Below, piece by piece: positions 40,198-53,497 of a stretch of DNA of 64,000 nt. This DNA comes from Trichoplax sp. H2. Its lineage: Eukaryota. Within the stretch, counting starts at the first letter, position 1; each line of letters begins with the position of its first letter. The stretch is taken from positions 248,001 through 312,000 of the forward strand of contig NOWV01000018.1 of the NCBI GenBank assembly GCA_003344405.1. The letters run 5' to 3'. A program made the translations under genes and the position numbers. The notes beneath the pieces are model-generated. The model saw nothing but the letters and a program-made list of their open reading frames with translations. It searched no databases and was not told the DNA's origin.

Positions 40198-43168
40198 TGT
40201 AGGTATTAGACGAAGCAGATGGTACGAGACTTTGTTGTATAAAATGCTGCAAGAACGCCAAGCAGACTGAATTGTACTGGTACTATCCAATAGTACTGCA
40301 AAAGAAATACTATATGATTATATCTCAATTAGCTATTTGCTATCTCATATATAAACTGTTGATATAGCAAAGAATGGAGCTATTTCCTCTGTTGTAATTC
40401 AGTGCGTAAATTTACGGAGAATTAGTTCATTAAAGATGTAGTATTTAAAATTTCACATCATTTAACATAAATTATTATTTACTTTAGGTCAGAACACTTG
40501 CGCCTACTGCGCATAACTGATAGGATAAGTTTACTTGTATGTAACTGTCTAGACATTTAATTTTTCGTATTGGTATTTCGTTACATTCCTACGGCTGTAG
40601 GAAACAAACGTAATAAGTACCTAATCATATCGTTTCATACGATATGTACTTTTATGACCTGCTTATCATCTTTAATCAATGAAAGACTTCTATTCTTGGC
40701 ATAAAAATTATTAAACAGAGTACAGATAGTAGTTTTACTTATTAGTTATCGCCGGTTGCTATTGTAGCCTTGTTGGCGTACATTATATAGTTCTAAATCG
40801 CTTCATAGATAAATAGCTATTGTACTACTTCATTACTTTACATGCAATTATATATTCTAACCCTCATTTTCCATATAAAATAACGAAAAACTGACTCTTC
40901 TGGTCTGAATATAATGGTATTGTGTGTTGAGCTTGCAGTGAACGCATTTCCGCTACCTTCCAATACATATGTACATGTTTTAACTATTCTCGCCTGCGAT
41001 TTAAGTAGTAGTGATTATTACTCAGGCAATGCTGTCGATGGTACAGTATGGTGGCAATGTAGCACCTTTTATCAATGTAATCAGAAATACATTTTGATTA
41101 ACTGATTCTTTTAAACACTTATGATGCCAAATAGGTCATAAACTGCTATTTTGAACGGTCTTGATTATGACTTGCATTTCGGTCATGGCAGTAATGCTAA
41201 AATATTCCGATTGTAAGCAATAATTCTATTTTGTAATCGGTAAAATAAGCAGTGCCTTTACTCAGCGAAATGTATTGTACAGGTTTTTGGACTTTACGGA
41301 TGGAATTATTATATTCTATACCTTTTTTGCATATCTGAAGTTATAGTAATTGGAAATATTAATCTATGTAGGGATAACTGTTTAAGATGAAAATTATTTC
41401 TCGCTCCGCTTCTATTCCATGATATTTGTAATTGTAATTTATTCAATTCTAATGCAAACTCAATGCGAAATGTAAATGGTAATGCAATAGTTGTCCATAA
41501 GTTCATTAATAATATCAGGAATGAGGGAGTATCTCAGGTGAGATCTCGGAATTTGAAAGAAAGCTTGGATACTACTGGCTTGTAATAATAAAGATTATAA
41601 TGATTACTAAAAATGATTGAAAGAATTGTTTGTAGAATTTATGTAATTGGCAGATTTAGATTATGAATATCATAATTTCTTATAGAATAAGTTTGACTCT
41701 ATTGCGGCAGTTACTTTACAATTATTGGAGACGTTTAAGAACAGTCATACAAAATTGATTACAAGTATGTAAATTGGAAAGGTTCTAATTTGTAGTAGAC
41801 CAAGTATACAGTAAAGAAAAGCGATTGTAGCAATTTTTACGGAAAGATTGTAACGCTTCAACACTATGCCCTTTGCACACTGTAAATCAGTTAGAGTCAA
41901 AGAGCATCCCCATTTATAATCGATTGATGGAATACAATTTATAATTTATATCCTTGAAAATACTAAATCACTTAATTAAGCTTATCATAGGTTTAGAAGG
42001 TAATTTGTAATTTCTTACTATTTTGATATAAGTGTTATAAATGATATTCGTTATGATTAATCGTTCGAAACTCTTACATAAATACTACATAAACTTCTAT
42101 TCAAAATTAACGGAACGATACTGCTTTTGTTTAGAATTAACACATACTGTTGCTAGTGTATAAAAGAATGAATACGATAGTATTTACCGAATCCATTACT
42201 TTTTGCTTATTTCTAATGCCATCAATTCATATTTATTAATTACAAATCAAAAATTATTAGGTTAGTTGCAAATATATACTTTGTATTATGCAAAAATACA
42301 TCAATGAGTTAACATTTGATTTAGGTAGCATAATATAAATCAATAAGTTGATTAAGCCAAAAGTTACTTAACAAATTCGATAAATCAGGAGTGCTTTAGG
42401 TAATCCAAATCAACAAAAATGATCGTATATCTATCTAGTCCATTAGCAGATAATTACTATATCAATTTACAGTTTGTTTAATATACTCTCCAAATTGATA
42501 GCATTAATAAGTAGATTAAGCATAAACATAATTGATATAAACCCGAAAATAATTAAACACTCTTTAATTTTTCATCAATGACAAATCTAAATCCAATACT
42601 ACTGATACTTGAAAATTATTACTTCATAACAGGTTAACGTTTAACTTCAGATCATATTATTCTGATGTAGTAGATCATCGATAGCTGAATAAAATACATG
42701 TATCTTAAATTTCTTATCTTTTCATTCAAAAATTTATAAATATGTTATAAATTTCGCTACCAAAATAGTAAGACTTAAATCCAATCAGCTTGATACACGT
42801 ACAGATATGATTTTATACTGAGCTGTTTGCCAACAGAGGTTGATACATACTTTGCTATAGAATAAAGCTAATTTATCTGTAATTGTAATATCATATAAAT
42901 GATCAAAAGGATTACATCCTAGAATATTTATATATTTCAGACATTTGATATGTACATAAGTATAGATATAATACAGTAGAAATTTTGCACAAGATCCTCA
43001 ATCCTAGAAAATAAACAATATCTCAAATAAAAGAAAATATACGAAATTGATGTTTTGTGTGTTTTCTAGTAATTCATGTATATTTCTTGTCCATTCAACT
43101 AATACTGATACTAGCTGCTGTTGTCCTTGTCCTACATGACTACGAGTATAACTAGTTGTAAATAGAAA

Positions 43169-46100
43169 TCAAGCCAGCGTCCCTCTTATTGATGGTGTAT
43201 CATCTGTCACATTTGCTATCGAAGAATCAATCAGTTGTTCTTGTTCAGATTGTAGTGAAGCTTTCCTAAATTCATTAACATATTAGTTAAAGTCGTTCAC
43301 CGTAAACCGTAGATTTTTTACTTTTTGATTATTATCACTGATACTCTGTAATATAGTAAATATTACTGGTGTATATAGATATTTATGGTTAATTAAGGAA
43401 ATACAGAACTCGACTATTAATTTCTTTTAAGTGATTAAAAAATCTTCATTATCATTACCGACATGAAGTGAAACAAAACAAACGCAGGACTTTTCTCTTA
43501 AAACAGGTCAATAATTGACGGAAAATGCAGCATACAGGATCCCAATTATCGTAATAACAAGCCCAACATAATGCCAAATACGATAATAAGACAAGAATAC
43601 CGCCACCAACGTATATGGCTTCAAATTTTTCCTAAAGTATTTATAAAATGAGATCAGTTCGTAGCAATTGTATCATTTATGTTGATGTAATGGATTACCT
43701 TTTTCACTACTACATTAACGATAACAGTTAGGGGGATGGTAAGATTCAAGGAAGCTACAGCCATTATTGATGATGTTAACACACTACTCCTAAAATTAAT
43801 ATATATGGATAAACAAACAATATCAGCTGAAAATATGGAATAAACTTTTGGCAATTTATTCAATGCAGCGAATTATACCAGAGCCACAAGAAACCAATAA
43901 AGCTATTTAGTAAGGCGTCGATAAGTAGCAGCAGCAAAACTTGGATAGGAGGAAATTCAAATGGCTCAAAATGGGCATAATTAATACCAATAAGCATAGG
44001 CCATGTAGTTAACATTGCAAATAGACCAACATAGCCTATTATAAAGAATTAAATGAGCATAATTTTGACTGTCTTTCTAAGTAATATTTATGTCTAATAA
44101 ATTTAATGTTAGGGTAGCGGAGTATAATTCATGATTATACTGAAATTTTATCTTACCAAATATTAAAGGCGTACTAATCTGTGTCTTCGTTAGAACTGAT
44201 CTTTTCACGAACAGTAGATAGCCCGTAAATCTATTTCAGGTGAGCATTTATTTATTAGTTGTAAAATTGATATTGTATGCAAGACATCATGAGATTAATA
44301 ATAATACAGGAAATCTTACGAGAGAGCGCCAATACACGCAAGAAATGCACTGAGTGGCCATTTATTTGTTATTTTTAGATTGCCAAATAGTAGCATTGCA
44401 ACACCGGAGAGACTATATCAAAATTAATATTGATGTCAATATGTTGGAGATTTGTACTTCATTTATTAAGATAACGTTAATAAGTTAATAGAACAATACA
44501 TAAGTAAACTAACTGACAACATAGGTCCAAAGTAATGGAAATTGATAAACTAATACACTGGTTAGATAATTGCTATTCTATTTAAAGCCTTACCTGACTA
44601 CGATTGCCAAAAATTTAGATAGGGTAAATGCTTCTGATTCAGCATTATTACACGCAAAGCTTAAGACCATAACAAATATACCTACAGATACATTGGATGG
44701 TCATTAGGTCAGGTATTGAGAGTTACAAAGATAACTGATAAATTAAAAAATTGTTTATATAAATAGGAGTGCATACCGGACAAAGCAACAAACATATTGA
44801 TCGTTAGAACATCAGTGCTTGTTAAGGCTTCCGCAAAGACTACATTCGTTACAAACCACTGAGGTAATGATTATAATAGGATTAAAATTGGAATATAACG
44901 AAAGTAATATTTTGTATTGCTATCATGAAATTAGATTTGTATCATAGAGAAATGATATAACAAGAAAAAAATAGTTCAGTTCAATTATATGCTGTAGGTT
45001 ATTGAAAATATGCTATTAAAGATACATGAAAGTAATCCTATTGAACTTTAATTATCTTTTGTAAAAGTACTTCAGTTCTACTAAATTTAAAAAGTCTTTG
45101 AAAAGTAAAATCTCTTAATAAATATGACATTTAAAGACAAGCGTCGTAATAGCATTGAACTCGAATCGATTTTTGTAAAAAGTATTTAGTTCCCGAAACT
45201 AAAATGTTATTATAAATATCGTCTCTTAAGCAATACGATATTTGATGATAGCGTCATAATATTGCATTGACATCTTCATTTTTATATAATATTTCAGCTT
45301 TACTGAATTGAATATCATCTCTTAACTAAAATAAAACATTTAAGGTAAGTATTGCTATGATATAGAATTCTAGTCTTTTTTTAGGTGGCCTACCGGTGTA
45401 ACTACGAATATCGCAACTTTAAGGATAGTGAAGGTATACATTGGAGCCATGCTATTATACAGTTTCTTTTCCAATGCTAGAGTATCATTATAGGATAATC
45501 TTGCTAAGCGGGCTTCTGCGGAGTAATTATCTGTGTTGAAAATAGAAATGAAGGAGATTTTCATGACATTTAATCCTACTTTGAAACTTTTTTGGAGAAT
45601 AATATATGTAGTTTAGTACAATAAGCAATGGCATTGCTAAAAAGCTTGTTATTTAGTTATAGAATTAGACTTGCGGACCTAATTTATTGTGAAGGGTAAT
45701 ACGAAAATGCATCATAGATTTCTAGAATCATACCTGGCATTTTGCAGACCATTCGTTGCGTATTAAATGAGACTCGTTTTTTGGATTTCTTAGGATTGGA
45801 TTTATCCCCAACTAGAATAGGATTGTGGAGCAAGGGTAAGGTATTTTCAAAATGAAACAAAGCCAAGATTTTATTCATAGCGTAGATAGTAAATTTATAG
45901 AAATAATAATAAATTTGAATGCTTTTATTTATCATTAGATAGTTAAAGATTATACCTTTTCGTATTTCTTCACGCTTAGGCAGTTCGGTCCATTTAATTG
46001 TTTCTAACCAAGGTGTTTGCTACATTATTAAGAGATATAGAGCAGTGAATCAGTGTCAAACTTTAGATACTGTTTCTGTAAATGAATTTTTGATGGTGTA

Positions 46101-49100
46101 AGTCGACTCAAAATACGATGATCAGGATTGTAACTCAATGCTATTCCTGCTATTAATCTGCAAGTCTACATGTAAAAGAAAACTTTTTTCACTTTGCTAT
46201 TGTTGATATTAAGTTATGTACCAGAGGTTCGTATACGATATTGACTTCTTGTTCATCTTTTGTACCATTAACCTAAGCAAAAGGAAGAGATAATATCATG
46301 AGTGGCCAATTGATAATATTTAGTTTTAACTGTTTGAAATGATAACGTCATCAGTCAGCAAGAATAAATTTAATTTATGGCTGCACGTTGAATACTAAAT
46401 GATCATCGAAGCACATTAAAACATTCAATATTGTGTAGTAAGTTAAAAGAATCAGCCATTCTAAATGTAATCGATTCGAAATGCTCTCAGCGATGCTACG
46501 ATTGCCTCAAGCTAATAACGGCCAACAAAAAGTATCCCATTACAGGCTGTAATATATGCTATCTAGAGTACATAATTTACAAGAATTCCTGTGTAAATAA
46601 TGTGTCGTAATTTAAGCTTTCAGGATTTTGATTACATCATATGGGCACATTCAATATTTGCAATCGCATTCCATCATAATTGTTATTAACAGCAATTTTT
46701 AATCCTTTCTATACTCATATGGTTTGTATTCAATACGCCATTTAAAGGAATGCTGTTTACAACATGAATAGGCGTCTACCCATAGTCTATCTTATGTCAA
46801 AGTTTTGTATTGACACATTTACTCTAATATTGAACTTTGCCCAAAACATTTTGATTACTTTTTTGATTACTGTATCATTCGGCTACGGTAATCTATTTGA
46901 GCTAGTATTAAATCTCACTATTTGATCGCTAAGAAATACTTGCGCCTTACTTGGTGATCTTCTTTTCCTTCAGAATCAGCATCAGTAGAATACTGCGAAG
47001 GTAGACAAGGAAAGAAAGGATTTTGTTTACTAGTGTACAACGGCCAAAGGATTAGAATGAGTAGGAAGACCACCATCATCGAAGATTTAACGTAGCCTAT
47101 GAAACAAGGCTTGGAATAATTCATGCCATGGATGATATGCTATAATATTGATTATAATTTGATTACGTAAAACATTGATTATTGAATATCGAATTCACAA
47201 GAAGAAACCATAGCTAAGAATAGTAACAATAATAAAGGCTAGAGTTGGCCGGCATAAAGCCTTCTTATTGAAGGAAGGAATGGCTATTCCGAGTCGTAGT
47301 TAATTATATGAAAGCGTAAAATCATACAGCACCCTTATTAGCAAAAACATACCAAAATCTCGAAATTTTGGTACTATCGTAGTTATCGATTGAATTCGCA
47401 GTGGAAATATTTTATACCGGAAGTAAAAGCAATTTCATCTACATGCATAGAGATCTAGTAGTTGTTACGTTATTTTTGCTACTGAATTTGAAGTTTCTTA
47501 TGGTAAATATCTCGAATTACGTGATTCTTCTACTATATAAGTTTGCTTAAGCTGCGCATTGCAAGATGATAATAATTTAATTCTTGAAGAGTCGTATTAG
47601 AAGACGAATGCTATCGTTTATTTCCCTGCTGAATCGATACCGAAATAGTTTTCAATGGTTTTAATCAAAGATTGTATTCTAAAAGTGTTAATGATTGTTG
47701 ATGATCTTAGGCTTAAAATGCTTATGAAAATAAGTCCGCAGATAGAAAAAATAGTTCCTTATTGCGATTAAAGATCATAATTTGAAACCATTTGATGATA
47801 ATGAAGAACATTACAGTTAAGTCTTCATATATAGCAGAAAATTATTACCTCAAAAATGATTGAAGATCATGATCTACAAAGTGCTAGTGATTATTATTAA
47901 TCAATCTTGCAGTTAACAAGTTCATAAAAGCAAATCTCTAGATAGGAAATCATTGATTTTGTGAAGATTAACTGAGACGAAAATGTCATCTCTGTCAGTA
48001 TTGATTGTGTAACTGTAAACAGTCAGTGTCGTAGTTAGAATTGTACTATTGAACCTTGGACATTAGAGAATTGCTTTAACCTTGGCTTATTTACGAATAA
48101 AAACAAAATTTGAATGATTTTAGTATCCACTAGAGCTTGCGGTAAATGAATGGAAGATTTTATCAGTATTTAATACACTGTTTTCTCTATGCTGCTGCTA
48201 CGTCTAGATGCAAATATAAGTACTAGTATAATATCTGATATTCATAAACGACATAAACTAATCGAAGACTTTTAGATGTCAATTTTAACGAGTTTGATGA
48301 ATTCCATCCCTTCTTCCCTCCTGCTGTTGCTAGCGTCCACCACGATTCCTGATTGCGGAATTACTAATTTATCCACCCCGTAAGGACTAAAAATTTAACC
48401 ATAGCGTCATTTATGTATCTCTATTTAATAGCCAAAAATTGACACTGTGGTGTAATTTCCTTTCCAGCTTTGATTTATGTCCTAACTTGTAGTTATCGTT
48501 ATGGACATTTTACTATATCAATGATATCGATATAACCGATAACGCTACGGCGAAATAATGCTGTAAATTATCGCTTTCGTAAGAGTTAGTAGCAAAGGAT
48601 AGACTATTAGTGATTTAACGAAGAAATTGATTTATACTATGATAGTCTAGGCGTACTATAGGATAGTCTAGCTATGGTATACGTAGACGGAAAAAAAGCG
48701 TAGAAGCTGTCTGTTGTAGAAAGTTAATTTAAACTGCAGTCTGTAGTAGATTAATTAAGGATTATTCAAGAAAGCCATGTTCAAAAAATACTGTAGCTTG
48801 CTATGTCCAGTTGGCTACGATCAGTTGTTAATGAGAGATTATTATCAAGTTTTGCGATAATTATAATTAGCGTCTTTCGTTACAAATGATGTACAATTAT
48901 TATGAAGAAATTTCAAAATGGACAAAGCAGTTCAAATTAGCCATTTTAAGACTAGCCTGCTGCGTTGATCAAGAATAGCCAAAAGAACCGTGAATAGCAA
49001 GGAAAAAAGTGATTAAGACAGCATTATTGATTTACTGTTCATCACATAAAGTTATTATGTATGTTTAAAATAAGTTCATTAATGGTGATTGCTTTTTGCA

Positions 49101-49348
49101 TGGGTCCTATTCCAGCATGGGACAGATATGACGGTTGATAAGAGTGCAATTTTAAGTAATAGTAATAACACTGGAAAAGAAAATAGTCTTGATGATATGC
49201 TACATCAGGTTCAAAATGGATGCAAAATTGACTTGTATCTTACCTGTGTTAATTCGATGGAAATAACCCATAGTATATCAACGATGATGAGCAGTACTAC
49301 ACCTAGTAAATATTTTCGGCGATGTGTACAGTGTCGATAAGAAGGCAT
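43169..49348 (-). CDS. SLC35F5: Solute carrier family 35 member F5-like (DMT/EamA fold) membrane transporter, ~502 aa
   Basis: Minus-strand exons 49348-49244, 47139-46951, 46272-46222, 46019-45956, 45811-45734, 45530-45394, 44858-44777, 44681-44594, 44412-44320, 44230-44157, 44035-43879, 43789-43699, 43631-43459, 43337-43308 (uncertain) and 43265-43169 join in frame. Motifs: RRKYLLGVVLLIIVDILWVISIELT, KKRVSF, EARLARLSY, FTLSKFLA, FEPFEFP, FLWLW, LTIPL, YDNWDPV. Confidence 0.9.
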
Positions 49349-52300
49349 CTTCAAATCATGAAGCCTACATGCCAATGATAAAGAAAGAAAAAATTGAATG
49401 TTGTGACGTTAACATGAAACCTTTAGTTTCATCTTTTCCAAAATTGGAAAGATTTTATGCTATATATAGATCAGCATAGCCATATCTATTCAATAATGTC
49501 ATTGATGATTGCCATTTAATTTCCGCAAGATTGAAACCATATTTAGGCAAAGAATAAAGTAGGATCGTGGAAACAATAAAGTTTATGTTTGCTACTCTAG
49601 AGTATCATCTATGGACAACTAGTCTGTGGTCAATATATGTATAACATTAATAAAACAAGTTGATCTATTGCTTGAATGATTGATCGATAAGATGAGTTAG
49701 CAAAGATGAAACAATGATTCATCTTTACCAAAGTATTTCAGTCCTGAATTTTGTACTATTGAAATGAGAGAAGAAGATCATTCGCCTTTAATCTGCTATA
49801 TCTATTGTAACTTGACAACTAGTTAGGATATCAGTTGATAACTTGATCCTGCTATAATTGTAAGCGAAGAGTGAGAATGTTTAACGATGGCAGCAAGGCA
49901 AGAAGAAAGAATCGAGGGTAACGAGACTGTCCTGTGCAGAAAAAAATAAAAATAAAAAATAAGGAGAACAAACCTCCAACGCCGGCTGTTGATATTGTCT
50001 CGCATTAGAGTATTATCGCCATTCTTTTCCCTGGTAAAAGTTGGTATCGTTGGATCGTCGTTGGACTTGTGGAAAGAGAGAAACGATAACAAATGAACAG
50101 GCACAAGCAGTGACTGCAAAATGAGAGGAAAAAAAAATGAAATGATGACAATCTGTCAGTCCAATCGCCAGAAATTAAAGGGTCGATTTACAATCGCTAA
50201 CCACCCAATACGTTCATGCAAGATCAATCGGTTATGGTAAGATGATGGATGATACAGTAATGCCGTAGTAAAAGAAATCTCTACTATAAACTACGCCTAC
50301 TTGCCTTTCTCTGCTTTCATCAATATACAGTACAAATAATTAATTACTGTCAGCTAGATAAACATGGTTTGATAGGCTGGCCTTAATTGTTCTATACGTT
50401 GATGATAAATCAATCAATAGCATTTATATCCTGATCGATGTACCTTATGTTACTAGCTTCGCTTGGCCAATCTTTATGCACGCGATGCTATAATCAATGG
50501 TACAATGGTTAGAATGGCGTTTTAAGGCAGTTGAGAAAAGTGAAATTATCTTTACTCGATCGAAGTTATGGTAGGCAGAAGGAAATTTCTACTATTCCAG
50601 TCGAAAGTAAAGAAATATGTGGCCAGCTGGGAACTGTAGGCCATTCAATAGATGTTAACGATAGTACTATCAGAACGTCAATGACTAAAGTAGTCATACA
50701 GGAGCTTAACGTATGATTGCTGCCTTGATTAATGAATTAGTTCTGCTTGCTCTATTTTGCTTCCATTTGCAGTCAATAGTCAAATCGTTAGAGCACAATA
50801 CTGTACGATGAAGAAATTTCGAAGCAGCTGGGAAATGTTAAACTCTAGAGTTCTCTCATTTGATCGGTATTATTAGGGACGCTACGTTAATCCTAGGTGA
50901 TATTGAATAGTATAGCCGATAGCATAGAATATGGAGGAAGGCGATTGCAACGTAACTAAATCGATGAGGCAGTGGTACTTGTACAGAGCTAGAGTATCAA
51001 TCAACAAAACAGTTTTCACTTTTCAGGCAACTGAGAATGACTGCAGTGTTCTCTGTAGAACACTACTGTCAGGTTTGATCCATGTTCTTGTACTAATAGG
51101 AGTTACTTTAGTTCAAATATTAGTGGTATGGAGTAAGATGATCTATGTAGAATGGAGGAGCAAGAAAGGAGTTTCCTATAGGGCTGTAGTTAGTCAATAC
51201 CGTAGATGATGAACAGATCCCGAAATTGCTAATGTCTCAGTTATTGCAACTATAATTTGACTGACAAGGAATGCTGTTCAAGTCACAAAATATTTTCTAA
51301 AACCATTCCATGAATTTCATTCATTTCGTTAGAACGAAAATTATCAATATGAATTACAGCCATGCAGATTTTAGAAATAAAGTCATCATTTAAAGCATCA
51401 TTTTTCACTACATACTGTTCCGGACTACTAAAATACATCTAGAAGTCCATGGTACTGTATTGTATAATGATAGAATGAAGGTAAACTGGCCAGATTAAGG
51501 CATCTAATCAGGCATTGGTCAACTTGGGGCTTGCCTATAATAATTCTTTTTCACCCTAGGGTCTAGGGAACTCTTAGTCCCAACGTGTTATCATTATTAC
51601 TCATCCAGTAAAAAAAATAATCTATACAAAATATTAAATTCAAATCAAATCAAATCAATAAACAATTATGTATTTGTACTTTACAATCCATGGTACTGTA
51701 AGGTGCGGGAAATCAAATTCAATTCGTAGAGATAATTCAAACATATACGTCTATTAATCCACGGTACTACCAATGTGGCTGGGTTGGCCAATCATTCACA
51801 TCATTTCTTACTTGCAAGTATTTTCATTCAAGCCACATATTACTGAATTTAAGACCAAAAGTGGATTGTTATAATTATCATCAATGTAGTTATAGATGCA
51901 GATAAACCTTGATAGCAATGAGAAACCCATGAAACTCCAATTTATGTCAAATATATTACTTTGAGACGCTTTACTGCCCTGATTATGTACAATAACAGGG
52001 CTATTAGTTAATTAAACTGGATGCAATGATGACAATGTGGTTCGAAATCTCTGCTGTACTCAGTAGTCTGTATGTAGTCTCTGTATTAAAATAATACGAT
52101 CGTAAATCCGTTAAAGAAGTTAACTATCGTTCGTTATGTCCCTGTTATTAGCTTAACTTTTAGCCCATATCTTAGTACAGTGTCTTGGCTGAGTAGTAAT
52201 GTCGACAGTAAATGGCAAATCTACGCGTGCATGCAATTGCCAACACAGTAATAAGAGTGGACAAATTCGAATTGAACTGCTCTGATTTAATCCGAGGGCA

Positions 52301-52668
52301 AAGTCTGAGTTATGAGTTATTTCAATGCTTCTACGGCCTAATAGATAGCAATGTAGATAGGACCATTGAATCCAGTATGCAGCATTAAACAGCTTATTGA
52401 ATAGTAATACAGTATCTGCATTGCAAATGGCTGTTGGCCTATTACTACTCGTATTATGCTGTACGCATTCTTGTTGATCAGTAGAATATAAAGAAGAGTA
52501 TATTATTTGTATAGCACTTTTATGTGTATAGCTCAGCGTTTAGACCATTCGATACTAAGCAGTAAGTTTTCTAATAACGAAGGGCTTTACTTAAGAAACT
52601 AAGCAACTCATCACAGTATAATGTACCAATTATGCAGGCCAAATTGCAGAGCCAAATATGCAGGTTGC

Positions 52669-53214
52669 AGATCTCTATATCTGTAATAACAGAATGATGC
52701 AGAGTAGTCACGACAGTCATAGAGTTCCTTTCTACAGATTCTACAGTATAGTTCCGAATAGTCTGCTGTCGATATTATATTATGGAAATTGATTTCTTTA
52801 CAAGGCATCTGCAAGAAAGGAATTATAACAGCATGTAGTAGTAACAGTTGTAGATCTCTATGCCTGTAATAGCAGAACGATGTAGAGTAGTCACGACAGT
52901 TATAGAGTTCCTTTCTACAGATTCTACAGTATAGTTCCGAATAGTCTGCTGTCGATATCATATTATGGAAATTGATTTCTTTACAAAGCATCTGCAAGAA
53001 ATGAATTATAACGGCATGTAGTAGCAACAGTTTTAGATCTCTATGCCTGTAATAGCAGAATGATGCAGAGTAGTCACGACAGTCATAGAATTCCTTTCTA
53101 CGGATTCTACAGTATAGTTGCGAATAGTCTACTGTCGATATTATATTATGGAAATTGATTTCTTTACAAGGCATCTGCAAGGAATGAATTATAACAGCAT
53201 GTAGTAGTAACAGT
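52669..53214. repeat. Tandem repeat, 183-bp unit, 3 highly similar copies
   Basis: The anchor agatctctat occurs at 52669, 52852 and 53035, an exact 183-bp period. Units differ only by scattered substitutions. Confidence 0.95.
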
Positions 53215-53497
53215 TAAGAGATGGTTTTGCTCCTACCAATTAATGCCATCGGCGATTTTGTTCCACACAGTGCAGCATTGCCTAAGTGTATTGGCAGTAT
53301 TGGTGCTAGAAACCATGATCAAAGTTGTACGCTTACACTAGCTAACGAGACTTGACCTCATACTGTCGTTACGATATCATACCAACATTGGCAAATAATT
53401 TTCCAAACGCCACATTACATCATCATTCCCTAATGTGCTTTTGGAGAGTACATTGCTACTGATATTCCAGCCAGGAATAAAGCAATTGTTGTTTATC

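Noticed and set aside
47140-47300. Hydrophobic stretch as the first TM exon of the SLC35F5-like gene
   Set aside because: All frames hit stops or phase conflicts. The real TM1 exon is at 49244-49348.
50931-51209. 92-aa ORF with a hydrophobic segment
   Set aside because: It has no recognisable homology or splice context, and its length is within background for this window.
52611-53180. 189-aa Cys/Tyr-rich repeat protein on the minus strand
   Set aside because: It is a by-product of the 183-bp repeat. Differences between units are mostly non-synonymous, the annotated start is TTG with a stop shortly upstream, and I recognise no domain.
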